64,000 nucleotides of DNA from contig DASPIK010000086.1 of assembly GCA_035629075.1 (NCBI GenBank), positions 17,027 to 81,026 of the forward strand. Direction: 5' to 3'. Within the stretch, counting starts at the first letter, position 1, and the number at the start of each line of letters is the position of its first letter. The notes under the pieces were generated by a model. The model was not told where the DNA came from. It made no database searches and saw only the letters and a list, made by a program, of their open reading frames with translations. The position numbers were made by a program, and so were the translations under genes. Shown here piece by piece: positions 34,321-44,095 of this stretch. The stretch comes from Terriglobales bacterium (GTDB lineage Bacteria; Acidobacteriota; Terriglobia; Terriglobales; Acidobacteriaceae).

Positions 34321-36075
34321 TTAAGCCACCCGGCGTAATCCTCGAGCTTCATCAGCACGCTCGTCGAGCAACCGGGTTATACCGGACATCGGAACTCTCA
34401 CCCACGCCGGACGATTGTTGATCTCGTACCCAAGCTCGTAGACAGCCTTCTCCAGTTGAAGGACGTTCAACAGCCTGGCCAGAGTCCGTCGGTCCTGAGG
34501 CAAAAATGAAGCCCCACTGCAGGTTCGAAGGTACTCCCTTATGAATGCCGCCGAAACCCACGCGGCCCAAGCTGCAGTAAACCGCTCCGTGGCAGGCAAC
34601 GCCGGGCTCCAATCCGATCCCGCAGCAAACGCAGCCCCTCCACTGGCAATCGCGCTCTGCCGCTCCAGCAGCACGCTGAACCCTGCATATTGAAACGACC
34701 TCAGCATTCCTGCGACATCCTGCAGAGGTGACCTCTTGATTTTGCGCTCGCGAATCGACCTCAACGGCTCGCCTTCGAAATCGATGATGACGAAGTCGTC
34801 GCCTGTGAAAAGCACCTGGCCCAGATGGTAGTCTCCATGCACTCGAATGCGAGTTGCAGTCACTTCCATGTCGAGGATCGCGCGGAACTGATCGAGCAAT
34901 TCATCCTCACGACTCAGCAACTGTTCCGCATGCACGCGATCACTGGGGCTGAGCAAAGCGGCGTGGGACCGCAGTAATTCCAAGACGATAGCGGTCAGCT
35001 CTTCCATAGAGCCGACTACGTACCGCCTGTAATCGGGGGTGAAAACCTCGGGCGCGAAATTCGGATCTTTCCCCAATGCGAGCGTGACGTGCATTTCCGC
35101 AGTACGTCGGCCTAGCAATTCTGCAGACCGCAGAAAGTCCCCCGCAACGTCCTCCACAAAATGCGGAATGTCCTCTTGAGCTAGTTGCAGCAACGGCTCG
35201 GCAGGCACTTGATTATTGTTGATTTTCTCGACTTGCGTTAGTGCCTTGTCACAGGACGCGCGCAAACTCGCCAGCGTGTAGGTCCACGCATCGCCACGGT
35301 TGGGCACGAACCCATGCAGGATAGCCAGAGTATTCGGCTCAGGGTCGTTGTCGTGCAGTTCCAGAGCGCCCGCCACTGGAGCGCAATTCGCAAACCCATG
35401 CTCCGTAAGGAAGTGTCCGATCTCGAAGTCCGGATTGATCCCCCGGTCCACTCTTCGGAACAGCTTCAGTATCAGCCTCTCTCCGAATCGCAGAGAGGTA
35501 TTGCTCTGTTCTCCGCGCATGAATGTCGATTCCAGCGCACTGCCATAATCGCCCCTAAGTCGGTCGAAACTAATGGTGCGAATGCCATCGATCTCGCCCG
35601 CATCCGTCGAGATCTTCTTCTGTCCATCGATCCAGTCGAGCAGTGCACAAGCAAATTGCCGATCGCGTGCTGCGTCGTAGACCACCCCGGCTTCAGACGC
35701 GACAACAAGGCGGAACAGCACTCCTGCGGGATCGCGTTCCAGCAGTTCGTCACCCGCCTGTCCCGGTACGAAGGACATCGGAAGCACATACGTGTCCGGG
35801 CTACCTTGTTGATATGCAACATGCACCAAAGCTATTGAGTACGTCGATTCCTTGTATCTGATCGTAGCCCTCTCAATGATTCTTGCTGCCCGAACCTGCC
35901 GTCCCTTTCCACCGAACCAGCGCCTTGACTTCAAAACCGACGGCAGCAGAACCTCAAGATCCGCCTTGTTACGGCCCATCAGGATGTTTTCCCACGCTCC
36001 CTCGACGTTCAGGACAGGAACATTGCCCCTACCGCTGTCGGTGCTCGCAGCTCGGACGTCGAGATTAGAAGACAT
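34321..36075 (-). CDS. mak: Maltokinase (Pep2/Mak; aminoglycoside-phosphotransferase fold)
   Basis: 584 aa with RVHGDYHLGQVLFTGDDFVIIDFEGEPLRSIRERKIKRSPLQDVAGMLRSFQYA. The gene sits between glgE and glgB with 12-16 nt gaps. Confidence 0.75.
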   Translation of the reverse strand: MSSNLDVRAASTDSGRGNVPVLNVEGAWENILMGRNKADLEVLLPSVLKSRRWFGGKGRQVRAARIIERATIRYKESTYSIALVHVAYQQGSPDTYVLPMSFVPGQAGDELLERDPAGVLFRLVVASEAGVVYDAARDRQFACALLDWIDGQKKISTDAGEIDGIRTISFDRLRGDYGSALESTFMRGEQSNTSLRFGERLILKLFRRVDRGINPDFEIGHFLTEHGFANCAPVAGALELHDNDPEPNTLAILHGFVPNRGDAWTYTLASLRASCDKALTQVEKINNNQVPAEPLLQLAQEDIPHFVEDVAGDFLRSAELLGRRTAEMHVTLALGKDPNFAPEVFTPDYRRYVVGSMEELTAIVLELLRSHAALLSPSDRVHAEQLLSREDELLDQFRAILDMEVTATRIRVHGDYHLGQVLFTGDDFVIIDFEGEPLRSIRERKIKRSPLQDVAGMLRSFQYAGFSVLLERQSAIASGGAAFAAGSDWSPALPATERFTAAWAAWVSAAFIREYLRTCSGASFLPQDRRTLARLLNVLQLEKAVYELGYEINNRPAWVRVPMSGITRLLDERADEARGLRRVA

Positions 36076-36091
36076 AAATTACCCCAACGGA

Positions 36092-38110
36092 TCACATGAA
36101 GTAGTCGAAATCGCGCTCTGTCCGCAGCCGGCGGCGAATAGCGAAGATGTGCGCCGGGACGAGATTCGGATCGAGTTCAACGAAGTTGCGCTCGCCGTGC
36201 CAGAAGAAGCGTGCATTGCCAAGCAGGTCGTGCGCCTGATAGCTCTGTTGCGGGTCGATTTGCAGTCGTTCCAAAGGCAGCGTCAACCAACCAGACTGCT
36301 TGTGGTAAGGGTCGAGGTTGACCACCGTGACCACTATGTTCGAAAGGTCTCGCGTGGCTTTTGAATACGCAATGATCTGCTCATTATCGATTTCGTGAAA
36401 ACGCAGTAACTCGTTACTCTGCAGCGCGGCATTCTCGTGACGAATTCGATTTAGGCGAGCGATCAGATCTTTCAAGCTGTCGCTGCGACCGATGTCCCAG
36501 CGCTTAATCTCGTACTTTTCTGAGTTGAGGTACTCTTCCCTTCCTGGAGCCAGTGGTTCATTCTCCAGCAGCTCATACGCGGGCCCATAAACGCCGTAGT
36601 TCGAACTCAAAGTAGCCGCGAGTATCACTCGCGTTGCGAACGCTGCCCTGTTGGCGTAGTGCAGATATTCCGGAAGTATGTCCGGAGTGTTGGGCCAGAA
36701 GTTCGGGCGAAAGAAGTCCCGTGCGTCGCTCCTCGTCAGCTCTGTCAGATACTGCGTCAGTTCGAGCTTTGTGTTGCGCCACGTGAAATATGTATACGAC
36801 TGCGTAAAGCCGAGCTTCGCCAGGCGGTACATGACCTTCGGACGCGTGAATGCTTCGCTGAGAAAAATCACTTCCGGGTACTCCGCCTTGACTTCGGCAA
36901 TGAGCCATTGCCAGAACGGAAAAGGTTTAGTGTGAGGATTATCGACTCGGAAGATCCGAATTCCCTGCTCGAGCCAAAATGCCACTACGTCCTTGAGTTC
37001 TTGCCACAGCGCTTGCCAGTCTTCGCTTTCGAAATTGAACGGATAGATGTCTTCGTACTTTTTAGGAGGATTCTCGGCGTACTGGATAGACCCGTCCGGC
37101 CGGTGCTTGTACCACTCCGGGTGCTCTTTTACATACGGATGATCAGGTGTCGTCTGAAACGCAACATCCAGGGCAAGTTCGATGCCGCGGTCGGCCGCTT
37201 TTTCGCGCAGGCGACGTAAGTCCTCCAGCGTTCCCAGGGAAGGATGCACTCCCTTATGCCCGCCCGAGTCCGCGCCAATAGCCCAAGGGCTGCCAACATC
37301 GTCCGCTTTCGCGATCGGGTTGTTGTTCTTGCCTTTTCTTTTTGTGTAGCCGATCGGGTGAATTGGCGGCAGGTACAGCACATCGAAGCCCATCGAGGCG
37401 ACATAATCCAAACACTGCTCGCAATCAGCCAAAGAGCCATGTCGCTGCGGGTCTGAGGTGCACGATCTCGGAAACAGTTCGTACCATGAGCTGAACTGCG
37501 CCTTCTTGCGTTCAACCACGATCCGCAACTCCCGATCGTAGGTGGCTGCGTGCCGCCGGTCCACATACTTGTCCGCAATGGTCGCCAGTCTCTGATCCAG
37601 CGCGCTGTTGGCCCGTTCTTCTACGTCGTTTTCACCGCGCAACACCGCCAGCCACCGCTGCAATCGCCGCGCATCCTCTCCGCTGGCGCGTTGCGCAGCG
37701 CGTTCGATCAGCGCCACGCCCACCAGCAGATCCACTGAGATTTCCTGCCCAGCTTTGAGCTTCTTCTCGAAATCGCGCCGCCACGACCGGAACTCGTCCA
37801 CCCATGCCATAACTGTGAATTGATAGGTGGTCATGTCGCTCGCCTCGAAACTGCCGATCCAGCGGTCGTTTCCGAGTTCCCGCATCGGGCTCTCGAACCA
37901 TTCGGAATCTGCGGCTCGCCTGTGCAGCACGATTGCGGAGATCAGGTCGTGACCGTCAGTGAACACGTCCGCCGTGACCTCTACCAGATCACCAACTACT
38001 CGCTTCGCGGGGAACCGCCCATCGTCCACAGCAGGCTTGACGTTCTCAATTACGACCCTGGCAGGTGGGCCCTGGTCTGTTCGAGGCGAAACAGTCATCA
38101 GCTCAGTCAA
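36092..38110 (-). CDS. glgE: Alpha-1,4-glucan:maltose-1-phosphate maltosyltransferase
   Basis: 672 aa. The N-terminus VVIENVKPAVDDGRFPAKRVVGDLVEVTADVFTDGHD is the GlgE signature, followed by a GH13 core (FRVDNPHTKP). Confidence 0.9.
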   Translation of the reverse strand: MTELMTVSPRTDQGPPARVVIENVKPAVDDGRFPAKRVVGDLVEVTADVFTDGHDLISAIVLHRRAADSEWFESPMRELGNDRWIGSFEASDMTTYQFTVMAWVDEFRSWRRDFEKKLKAGQEISVDLLVGVALIERAAQRASGEDARRLQRWLAVLRGENDVEERANSALDQRLATIADKYVDRRHAATYDRELRIVVERKKAQFSSWYELFPRSCTSDPQRHGSLADCEQCLDYVASMGFDVLYLPPIHPIGYTKRKGKNNNPIAKADDVGSPWAIGADSGGHKGVHPSLGTLEDLRRLREKAADRGIELALDVAFQTTPDHPYVKEHPEWYKHRPDGSIQYAENPPKKYEDIYPFNFESEDWQALWQELKDVVAFWLEQGIRIFRVDNPHTKPFPFWQWLIAEVKAEYPEVIFLSEAFTRPKVMYRLAKLGFTQSYTYFTWRNTKLELTQYLTELTRSDARDFFRPNFWPNTPDILPEYLHYANRAAFATRVILAATLSSNYGVYGPAYELLENEPLAPGREEYLNSEKYEIKRWDIGRSDSLKDLIARLNRIRHENAALQSNELLRFHEIDNEQIIAYSKATRDLSNIVVTVVNLDPYHKQSGWLTLPLERLQIDPQQSYQAHDLLGNARFFWHGERNFVELDPNLVPAHIFAIRRRLRTERDFDYFM

Positions 38111-38363
38111 CGAGTAGCTTTCTCCAGATCAGGTGATGTGCCGACGCTCAGGCGTACAGCACCCGGCGTTTCCATCGTCGTCCGTGTAGTCGTCGAGTTA
38201 TTTCGTTGCTAGTGGGATGAGACTTCTGAATGGGGTGTCACCTGCGTAACACCGCGAGATGCGCAGCAGACTAGATCTGCACTGCAGACTAGAGCACCGT
38301 AGGCGAAGCACGGCAAAAGGTATGAAAGTGCCTCGTGAGGCACTCTCGTCAGCTCCGGAACTC

Positions 38364-38402
38364 CACCACAAACAAGCACGGCAGCCCTTTCGAGCTGCCG
38401 TG
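38364..38402 (-). terminator. Rho-independent terminator of topA
   Basis: 9-bp stem cacggcagc / gctgccgtg (38377-38385 / 38394-38402). On the minus strand it is followed by cttgtttgtggtgg. It lies about 60 nt after the topA stop. Confidence 0.55.
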
Positions 38403-38460
38403 TACCTGGCTTGTTTCATCCCGAGCGGATGAGAGATGCTGTCTCGAGTGTGCGACTTTC

Positions 38461-40953
38461 TCACGCCACGACTTGAGGTTCTTTCGGCTCACCTTCCGTC
38501 GGACGGGTTGGATCCGGGCGCTTGTAGTCGCACTCCGGACAGGCAATCACCGGACCTTCCTTCAACGTTTTCTGCACAAGGTAGTCGCTGTCGCCGTTGG
38601 GACACTTCTCATCAACAGGGCGGTTGGCTGACGTGAACTTGCACTTCGGGTAGTTCGTGCACCCATAGAAAGTTGTGCCCCGTCGGCGTGCCTTCTTCTC
38701 GACCAGTTCCCCGGACTTGCACTCCGGACACTTCATGCCGATGAAGTTCTGCTTGATCCACTTGCATTCCGGATAACCGCTGCACGAGACGAACTCGCCA
38801 TAACGCCCGTGACGCAAAACGAGGTTTCGTCCGCAGTTCGGGCACGTTTCTTCCAGCGGAATGTCAGGCACCTTCTTCTGCTGATCGAGGCGGCGTGTGG
38901 TCTTGCATTCCGGATACCCGGTGCAAGCCATAAATTGTCCGAAGCGTCCGCGCTTCAGAACCATCGGACGACCGCAGTTCTCGCAGTATTCCTCTTCCTG
39001 CGTCTCCTGCATCTCGGCGTTGTCCAGGTCCGGCAGGTCGATTGGGTTTTCCTTTGTGAACGTGCAGGAGTTCGGATCTTTCTTGTCATACGCGCTGCAC
39101 GCGTAAAACGACCCGTGCTTGCCCCACTTGATGACCAGCGGCGACCCGCAGCGCTCGCATTTCTCGTCCGTCGCCTTTTCCATGCGCTTGATGTTCTCCA
39201 TGTGCTTGCGCGCATAGTCCAGGTCTCGTTCAAATTTTTCGTAGAAGCCCTTCAGGGCATCCGTCCAGCGCTCGTTGCCATCTTCGATCTCGTCCAACTC
39301 CTCTTCGAGTCGAGCCGTGTACGCCGGATCGAAAATGTCCTTGAAGTTGGCCACGAGTTGGTCCGTTACGACGAACCCGATTTCCGTCGGAGCAAACTTT
39401 CCGCCTACCTTTTGCACGTACTGCCGTTCCTGAATCGTGCTGAGGATCGTCGCATACGTCGAAGGCCGCCCGATGCCGCGCTCTTCCAGTTCCTTCACCA
39501 GTGAAGCTTCGTTGTAACGCGGTGGCGGTTCCGTAAAGTGCTGCTCCGGTTTCAGCTCTCGTAACTTCAAAATCTGCCCGGCTTCCAGCGGAGGCAACTT
39601 GTGCTTCAGCGCCTCGTCCTCTTCGTCCTTGCCTTCCTTCGACTCTTCGTAAACCTTGAGGAAGCCATCGAACTTCAGCACCGAACCGGTCACGCGGAAC
39701 GGGAACGCCTCGCCTTCTTTGGGCTGAGCGTCGATGTCGACCGTGGTCTGATCAAATACGGCCGGGTTCATTTGCGACGCCACGAAACGCTGCCAGATCA
39801 GCTTGTAAACCTTGTACTCGTCTTCCTGGAGATACTTCTTGATCTCCTCCGGATTGCGGCTCACTGATGTCGGACGGATCGCTTCATGCGCTTCCTGCGC
39901 GCCCTTCTGCTTCGACTTGTAGAAGTTTGGCGACTCCGGCAGATACTGCGGGCCGTACTCCCGCCCGATCATCTCGCGCACTTCCGTCAGCGCGTCATTG
40001 CTTACGCGCGTCGAGTCAGTACGCATGTACGTGATCAGGCCGATCGTTCCCTCGCTGCCAAGATCAACGCCCTCATAGAGCCGTTGGGCAATCATCATCG
40101 CGCGTTTCACGCTGAAGCGCAGCTTGCGCGAGGCGTCTTGCTGGAACTTGGATGTCGTGAACGGAGCGGCTGCGTTCCTACGCCGTTCCTTCTTGTCGAC
40201 CGAGCGAACGGTCCACGTCGCATCCTTAAGCAGTGTCTCGATGCGGCGGGCTTCCTGCTCGTTAGGAATGACATTCTTTTCTGGATTCGCACCAACCAGT
40301 CTTGCGTCGAACGCCGGAGGCTTCCCGGCTGCGAGGTGCGCGTCCATTGTCCAGTATTCGGTCTTTTCGAAGGCCTTGATCTCACGCTCGCGCTCCACGA
40401 TCAGCCGCAGTGCGACTGTCTGAACGCGCCCGGCACTTAGACCACGGCGAACCTTATCCCATAGGAGCGGCGAGACCTGGTAGCCCACGAGCCGGTCCAG
40501 CACACGCCGAGTCTGCTGCGCGTCTACCAGGTTGCGGTCGATGTCACGCGGATGCTGAAAAGCATCCTGAACTGCTTTTTTGGTGATCTCGTTGAAGGTG
40601 ACCCGTCGAATGACAACAGCGTCGGCCCCTTTCTTTCGTTTCGGGGTGCCGTCGCCCGCGAGTTCGTCGGCGAGGTGAGCGGCGATAGCTTCGCCTTCCC
40701 GATCCGGGTCAGGCGCCAGATACACGGCGTCCGCCGACTTCGCAAGCTTCTTCAGCTTGGCCAAGACCTTTTCTTTACCGGGTATTACGACCAGATCAGT
40801 CGAAAACTCGTTGTTGATATCAACGCCGAGCGTGCTCTTCGGCAGGTCCTTCACATGACCCAGCGAAGCCTCAACCTCGAAATCCTTACCTAGGTATTTC
40901 TGGATTGTCTTGGCTTTTGCCGGCGACTCAACAATAACTAAACCTTTTGCCAA
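38461..40953 (-). CDS. topA: DNA topoisomerase I with C-terminal zinc-ribbon repeats
   Basis: 830 aa. Toprim start LVIVESPAKAKTIQKYLG, the active-site region YMRTDS and several CxxC...CxxC zinc fingers at the C-terminus. Confidence 0.95.
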   Translation of the reverse strand: MAKGLVIVESPAKAKTIQKYLGKDFEVEASLGHVKDLPKSTLGVDINNEFSTDLVVIPGKEKVLAKLKKLAKSADAVYLAPDPDREGEAIAAHLADELAGDGTPKRKKGADAVVIRRVTFNEITKKAVQDAFQHPRDIDRNLVDAQQTRRVLDRLVGYQVSPLLWDKVRRGLSAGRVQTVALRLIVEREREIKAFEKTEYWTMDAHLAAGKPPAFDARLVGANPEKNVIPNEQEARRIETLLKDATWTVRSVDKKERRRNAAAPFTTSKFQQDASRKLRFSVKRAMMIAQRLYEGVDLGSEGTIGLITYMRTDSTRVSNDALTEVREMIGREYGPQYLPESPNFYKSKQKGAQEAHEAIRPTSVSRNPEEIKKYLQEDEYKVYKLIWQRFVASQMNPAVFDQTTVDIDAQPKEGEAFPFRVTGSVLKFDGFLKVYEESKEGKDEEDEALKHKLPPLEAGQILKLRELKPEQHFTEPPPRYNEASLVKELEERGIGRPSTYATILSTIQERQYVQKVGGKFAPTEIGFVVTDQLVANFKDIFDPAYTARLEEELDEIEDGNERWTDALKGFYEKFERDLDYARKHMENIKRMEKATDEKCERCGSPLVIKWGKHGSFYACSAYDKKDPNSCTFTKENPIDLPDLDNAEMQETQEEEYCENCGRPMVLKRGRFGQFMACTGYPECKTTRRLDQQKKVPDIPLEETCPNCGRNLVLRHGRYGEFVSCSGYPECKWIKQNFIGMKCPECKSGELVEKKARRRGTTFYGCTNYPKCKFTSANRPVDEKCPNGDSDYLVQKTLKEGPVIACPECDYKRPDPTRPTEGEPKEPQVVA

Positions 40954-41048
40954 TGTACTTACCCTATGATTCCCTACTTCGAATGTATGGCGGAATGATT
41001 GTAATGAACGATGAAACTAGCACGTTCTGTCAACCCCTGTCGAACCGC

Positions 41049-42317
41049 TCACATTGTTCTCACGTAGTTCTTGCCCGGCATTTGCCTAATCTTTCCAGCA
41101 AGTTCCAGCTCAAATAGGGCTGTGAAAATCTCTGAAGATGAGAGCTGCGGTTCCAGCGCTTCAATCATTTCGTCAATTTGGGTGGCCTGATCTGCCTTGA
41201 TCAGCGCGAAAACCTTTTTCTCATTAGGCGAGAGCGCTTCCTCGAACAGCGATGCGGTTGTCGGTTGAGCCGTTGCACTCTGTGCTGCCGGCTCGAGTTG
41301 CACCTTAACGTGCGTCGGCAGCTCTTCCCATATGTCCTCCCAGGTTGCCACAAGCTTCGCGCCCTGCTTTATCAAGGTGTTGGGAGTCCAAGAGAGCTTG
41401 TTTGTAACGTTCCCCGGAACTGCGAAAATATCGCGGTTCTGTTCCAATGCGCAACGTGAGGTGATTCTGGTGCCGCTATATTCACCCGCCTCGACCACCA
41501 ATACCCCGATAGAAAGCCCGCTGATGATCCGATTTCGGATGGGAAAATTCTGCGGCGCAGCGAACGTGCCCATCGCAAACTCAGAAACGATTGCACCGCC
41601 AGCCTCGAGTATCTGGTCCGCGATTCTCTTATTTTCTTTGGGATAAATGACGTCGACCCCGGTGCCAAGGACGGCCACGGTCTTGCCTTTCGCTGCCAGA
41701 CACCCTCGGTGGGCGGCAGTATCCACTCCGCGTGCCAACCCGCTGAATATGATGAGTCCATGTGCCGCCAGGTCGCAGGACAGCCTCTCTGCCATTCCTA
41801 GTCCGTACGGAGTCGGGTGCCTGGTACCGACAACCGCGATCCCCGGTTGAGAAAGCGCCTCGACACTGCCTCTGACGTAGAGAATCGTCGGAGGATCGTA
41901 GATCTCCCTCAACTCAGACGGGTATTCCGGATCGTCGAGCATTACAACATGCGCGCCAGCGGTCGTAGCCCGCACCATCTCCTCGCTCGCGGCCTCCAGC
42001 GATTGCCCCAGCGCTATTCCCTGTGCCGACTGCGCCTGCAACCCTGCTGCTTCCAACTCAGTCAGCGATGCGTGGAACACTCTCTCGATCCCACCAAAGT
42101 GCTCTACCAACTTTCGTGACCGAGTCGCGCCCAGACCCAGGGTCATTTTCAAGGCCAGCCAGTAAGTAGTTGTCGAATCGAGTATCTGCCCACTCCCCGC
42201 CACGTCCCCTCCTTCCATCAGCACCCGCGCATCAACGCTCATCTTCACCAACAACTGCGTCCCATATCGCTTAAGCTGATGGGTTAAGGCTCTTATCCAA
42301 ACCTTCTCGGGCAGCAT
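41049..42317 (-). CDS. dprA: DNA-processing protein DprA (Smf)
   Basis: Motifs IAVVGTRHPTPYG, SGLARGVDTAAH and GTRITSRCALEQNRDIFAVPG, with conserved dprA-topA synteny. The start is uncertain; in-frame alternatives about 25-35 codons downstream would fit typical DprA length better. Confidence 0.85.
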   Translation of the reverse strand: MLPEKVWIRALTHQLKRYGTQLLVKMSVDARVLMEGGDVAGSGQILDSTTTYWLALKMTLGLGATRSRKLVEHFGGIERVFHASLTELEAAGLQAQSAQGIALGQSLEAASEEMVRATTAGAHVVMLDDPEYPSELREIYDPPTILYVRGSVEALSQPGIAVVGTRHPTPYGLGMAERLSCDLAAHGLIIFSGLARGVDTAAHRGCLAAKGKTVAVLGTGVDVIYPKENKRIADQILEAGGAIVSEFAMGTFAAPQNFPIRNRIISGLSIGVLVVEAGEYSGTRITSRCALEQNRDIFAVPGNVTNKLSWTPNTLIKQGAKLVATWEDIWEELPTHVKVQLEPAAQSATAQPTTASLFEEALSPNEKKVFALIKADQATQIDEMIEALEPQLSSSEIFTALFELELAGKIRQMPGKNYVRTM

Positions 42318-42373
42318 AGCCGCTCGACCGTCTCTCTGAACCAGGGTTTGTTAAAATGTTCGGTTTTTGGAAC

Positions 42374-43216
42374 ATGCGTAAACTCTGCATATCCGCGATC
42401 TCTTTCCTGAACACTGCCCCGCTCATGTGGGACTTTGAGCATGGCTCCGCTGGCGATGACTTCGACATCGTCTACACGGTTCCGTCCCAATGTGCAGAGG
42501 CTTTGCGATCAGGCTCGGCCGATATCGGCATCATCCCGGCGGCCGCGTACGCCAGCATTCCCGACCTGGTGATCCTGCCTGACGTGGCCATAGCCGCCAA
42601 GGGTCCGGTTCGCTCCATTCTGCTGGTCAGCAGAGTTCCCCTCGAACAGATTCGCACGGTTGCAGCCGACACGTCTTCCCGCACATCCGTGGCACTGTTG
42701 CACATTCTATTCAGTCGATTTTGGGGCGGGGATCGCGAGTTTGTCCCCATGCCTCCGCAGCTCGACTCAATGCTGGCGCGCTGCGATGCCGCTCTATTAA
42801 TCGGCGACGCGGCCCTCGTTGTGGACCGTTCGCGTTATCTCACGTGGGATCTTGCTGAAGAATGGCAGCATCTGACCTCCAATCCGTTTGTTTTCGCCTT
42901 CTGGGCCGTACGGCTACGCGCTCTGAACGAATTGCGTGCGGATCTCGATCTCGCGGCGATGTTCCGAGATTCTCGCGACCATGGCCTTGAACCGGGCAGC
43001 GTTGCCCAAATTGCGCGTGAATGGGGCCCTCGACTGGGCCTTTCTGAAGCGGACGTCTCGGCTTACCTTACAGTCAATGTCGACTACAACCTTGACGCCG
43101 AGAATCGGAAAGGGCTTCAGCTGTTCTATAGCTGTGCCCACAAGTGCGGCGCAATCCCTCGCGACCCGCAGTTGCGATTCTTGGGCGTGAGTGCCCTCTG
43201 CGACGTTCTGGGGTAA
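42374..43216 (+). CDS. mqnA: Chorismate dehydratase (futalosine pathway MqnA)
   Basis: The second ATG of ORF 42356-43216 gives MRKLCISAISFLNTAPLMW, a MqnA-type N-terminus (periplasmic-binding-protein-like fold, VitK2 biosynthesis family). Confidence 0.75.
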   Translation: MRKLCISAISFLNTAPLMWDFEHGSAGDDFDIVYTVPSQCAEALRSGSADIGIIPAAAYASIPDLVILPDVAIAAKGPVRSILLVSRVPLEQIRTVAADTSSRTSVALLHILFSRFWGGDREFVPMPPQLDSMLARCDAALLIGDAALVVDRSRYLTWDLAEEWQHLTSNPFVFAFWAVRLRALNELRADLDLAAMFRDSRDHGLEPGSVAQIAREWGPRLGLSEADVSAYLTVNVDYNLDAENRKGLQLFYSCAHKCGAIPRDPQLRFLGVSALCDVLG

Positions 43217-43332
43217 GTCTCGGATCCAATTTCGTCTAAATTGCAGGCTCTCAGGCGAGAGAACCGTCGCGCAACTCTCGTCCTGCGTCTAACGGAACTG
43301 GCGTTCGGGGCTTAACCCACGCCGCTTCGCTT

Positions 43333-44004
43333 ATGTCATTGACTCTCGCCGCATTCGCCGCTCTTGCCGCCGAAACCTCACCGATCTGGAAATGGGTATA
43401 TCGTCTCGGGGGCATAGGCCTGATTCTGCTCGGAATTGCCGACAATTCCTTCGTCCCCCTCCCCGGCAGCATGGACGCGTTTACTATCCTGCTCTCGGCA
43501 CAATACCGAGACTGGTGGCCCTATTACGGCGCCATGGCCACCACCGGATCGGTTTTCGGTGGTTTCCTCACCTATCGTCTCGCTCGCAAAGGCGGCAAGG
43601 AAACGCTGGAAAAGAAAGTAGGACAGCAGCGCGCAGAGAAGGTTTACAAGAAGTTCGAGAAGCATGGTTGGTTTTGGGTCATGCTGGGAGCTATGCTGCC
43701 ACCGCCCTTCCCAATCGTCCCGTTCCTCATGGCGGCGGGTGCATTACAGTACCCGCTCAAGAACTTTGTTGCGGCGCTTGGTCTCGGGCGTGCAGTACGT
43801 TTTTTCGCCGTCGCCTATGTGGGCCACCGTTATGGCAAGCACATCATCAGCTTCTTCGGGCAGTACTATCTCCCGATGCTGTACTTCGCGATCACCGTAG
43901 GAGTACTGGCAGGCATTGGGGCCTTGCTCTACTGGAAGTGGTACCTGCCTCGCAAAAAGGCCCGACAGCAGGACGCCACAGCAGCGGAACCTAAGGCTGC
44001 CTAA
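43333..44004 (+). CDS. DedA/YqaA (VTT domain) family membrane protein
   Basis: 223 aa with 4-5 TM helices and ILLGIADNSFVPLPGSMDAFTILL, the VTT-type re-entrant motif. Confidence 0.65.
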   Translation: MSLTLAAFAALAAETSPIWKWVYRLGGIGLILLGIADNSFVPLPGSMDAFTILLSAQYRDWWPYYGAMATTGSVFGGFLTYRLARKGGKETLEKKVGQQRAEKVYKKFEKHGWFWVMLGAMLPPPFPIVPFLMAAGALQYPLKNFVAALGLGRAVRFFAVAYVGHRYGKHIISFFGQYYLPMLYFAITVGVLAGIGALLYWKWYLPRKKARQQDATAAEPKAA

Positions 44005-44095
44005 CTGCCTATTACGATACGAGAAGAGGTGTAAGTACCCGATTTACTCGAAACCCGAAACTTCTTTTAGCTACAATGTCGGTTTGAGCACATCC

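Noticed and set aside
38263-38343. Direct repeats GCAGACTAGA x2 and the hairpin gtgcctc-gt-gaggcac upstream of glgE, considered as a possible riboswitch or leader
   Set aside because: They are too short and match no riboswitch consensus I know. They are mentioned only as a possible operator within the GlgE finding.
43392-43994. 200-aa alternative-frame ORF within the DedA/YqaA-like gene
   Set aside because: It is an Arg/Gly/Pro-rich frame overlapping a membrane-protein frame with clear TM helices and the VTT-type motif.
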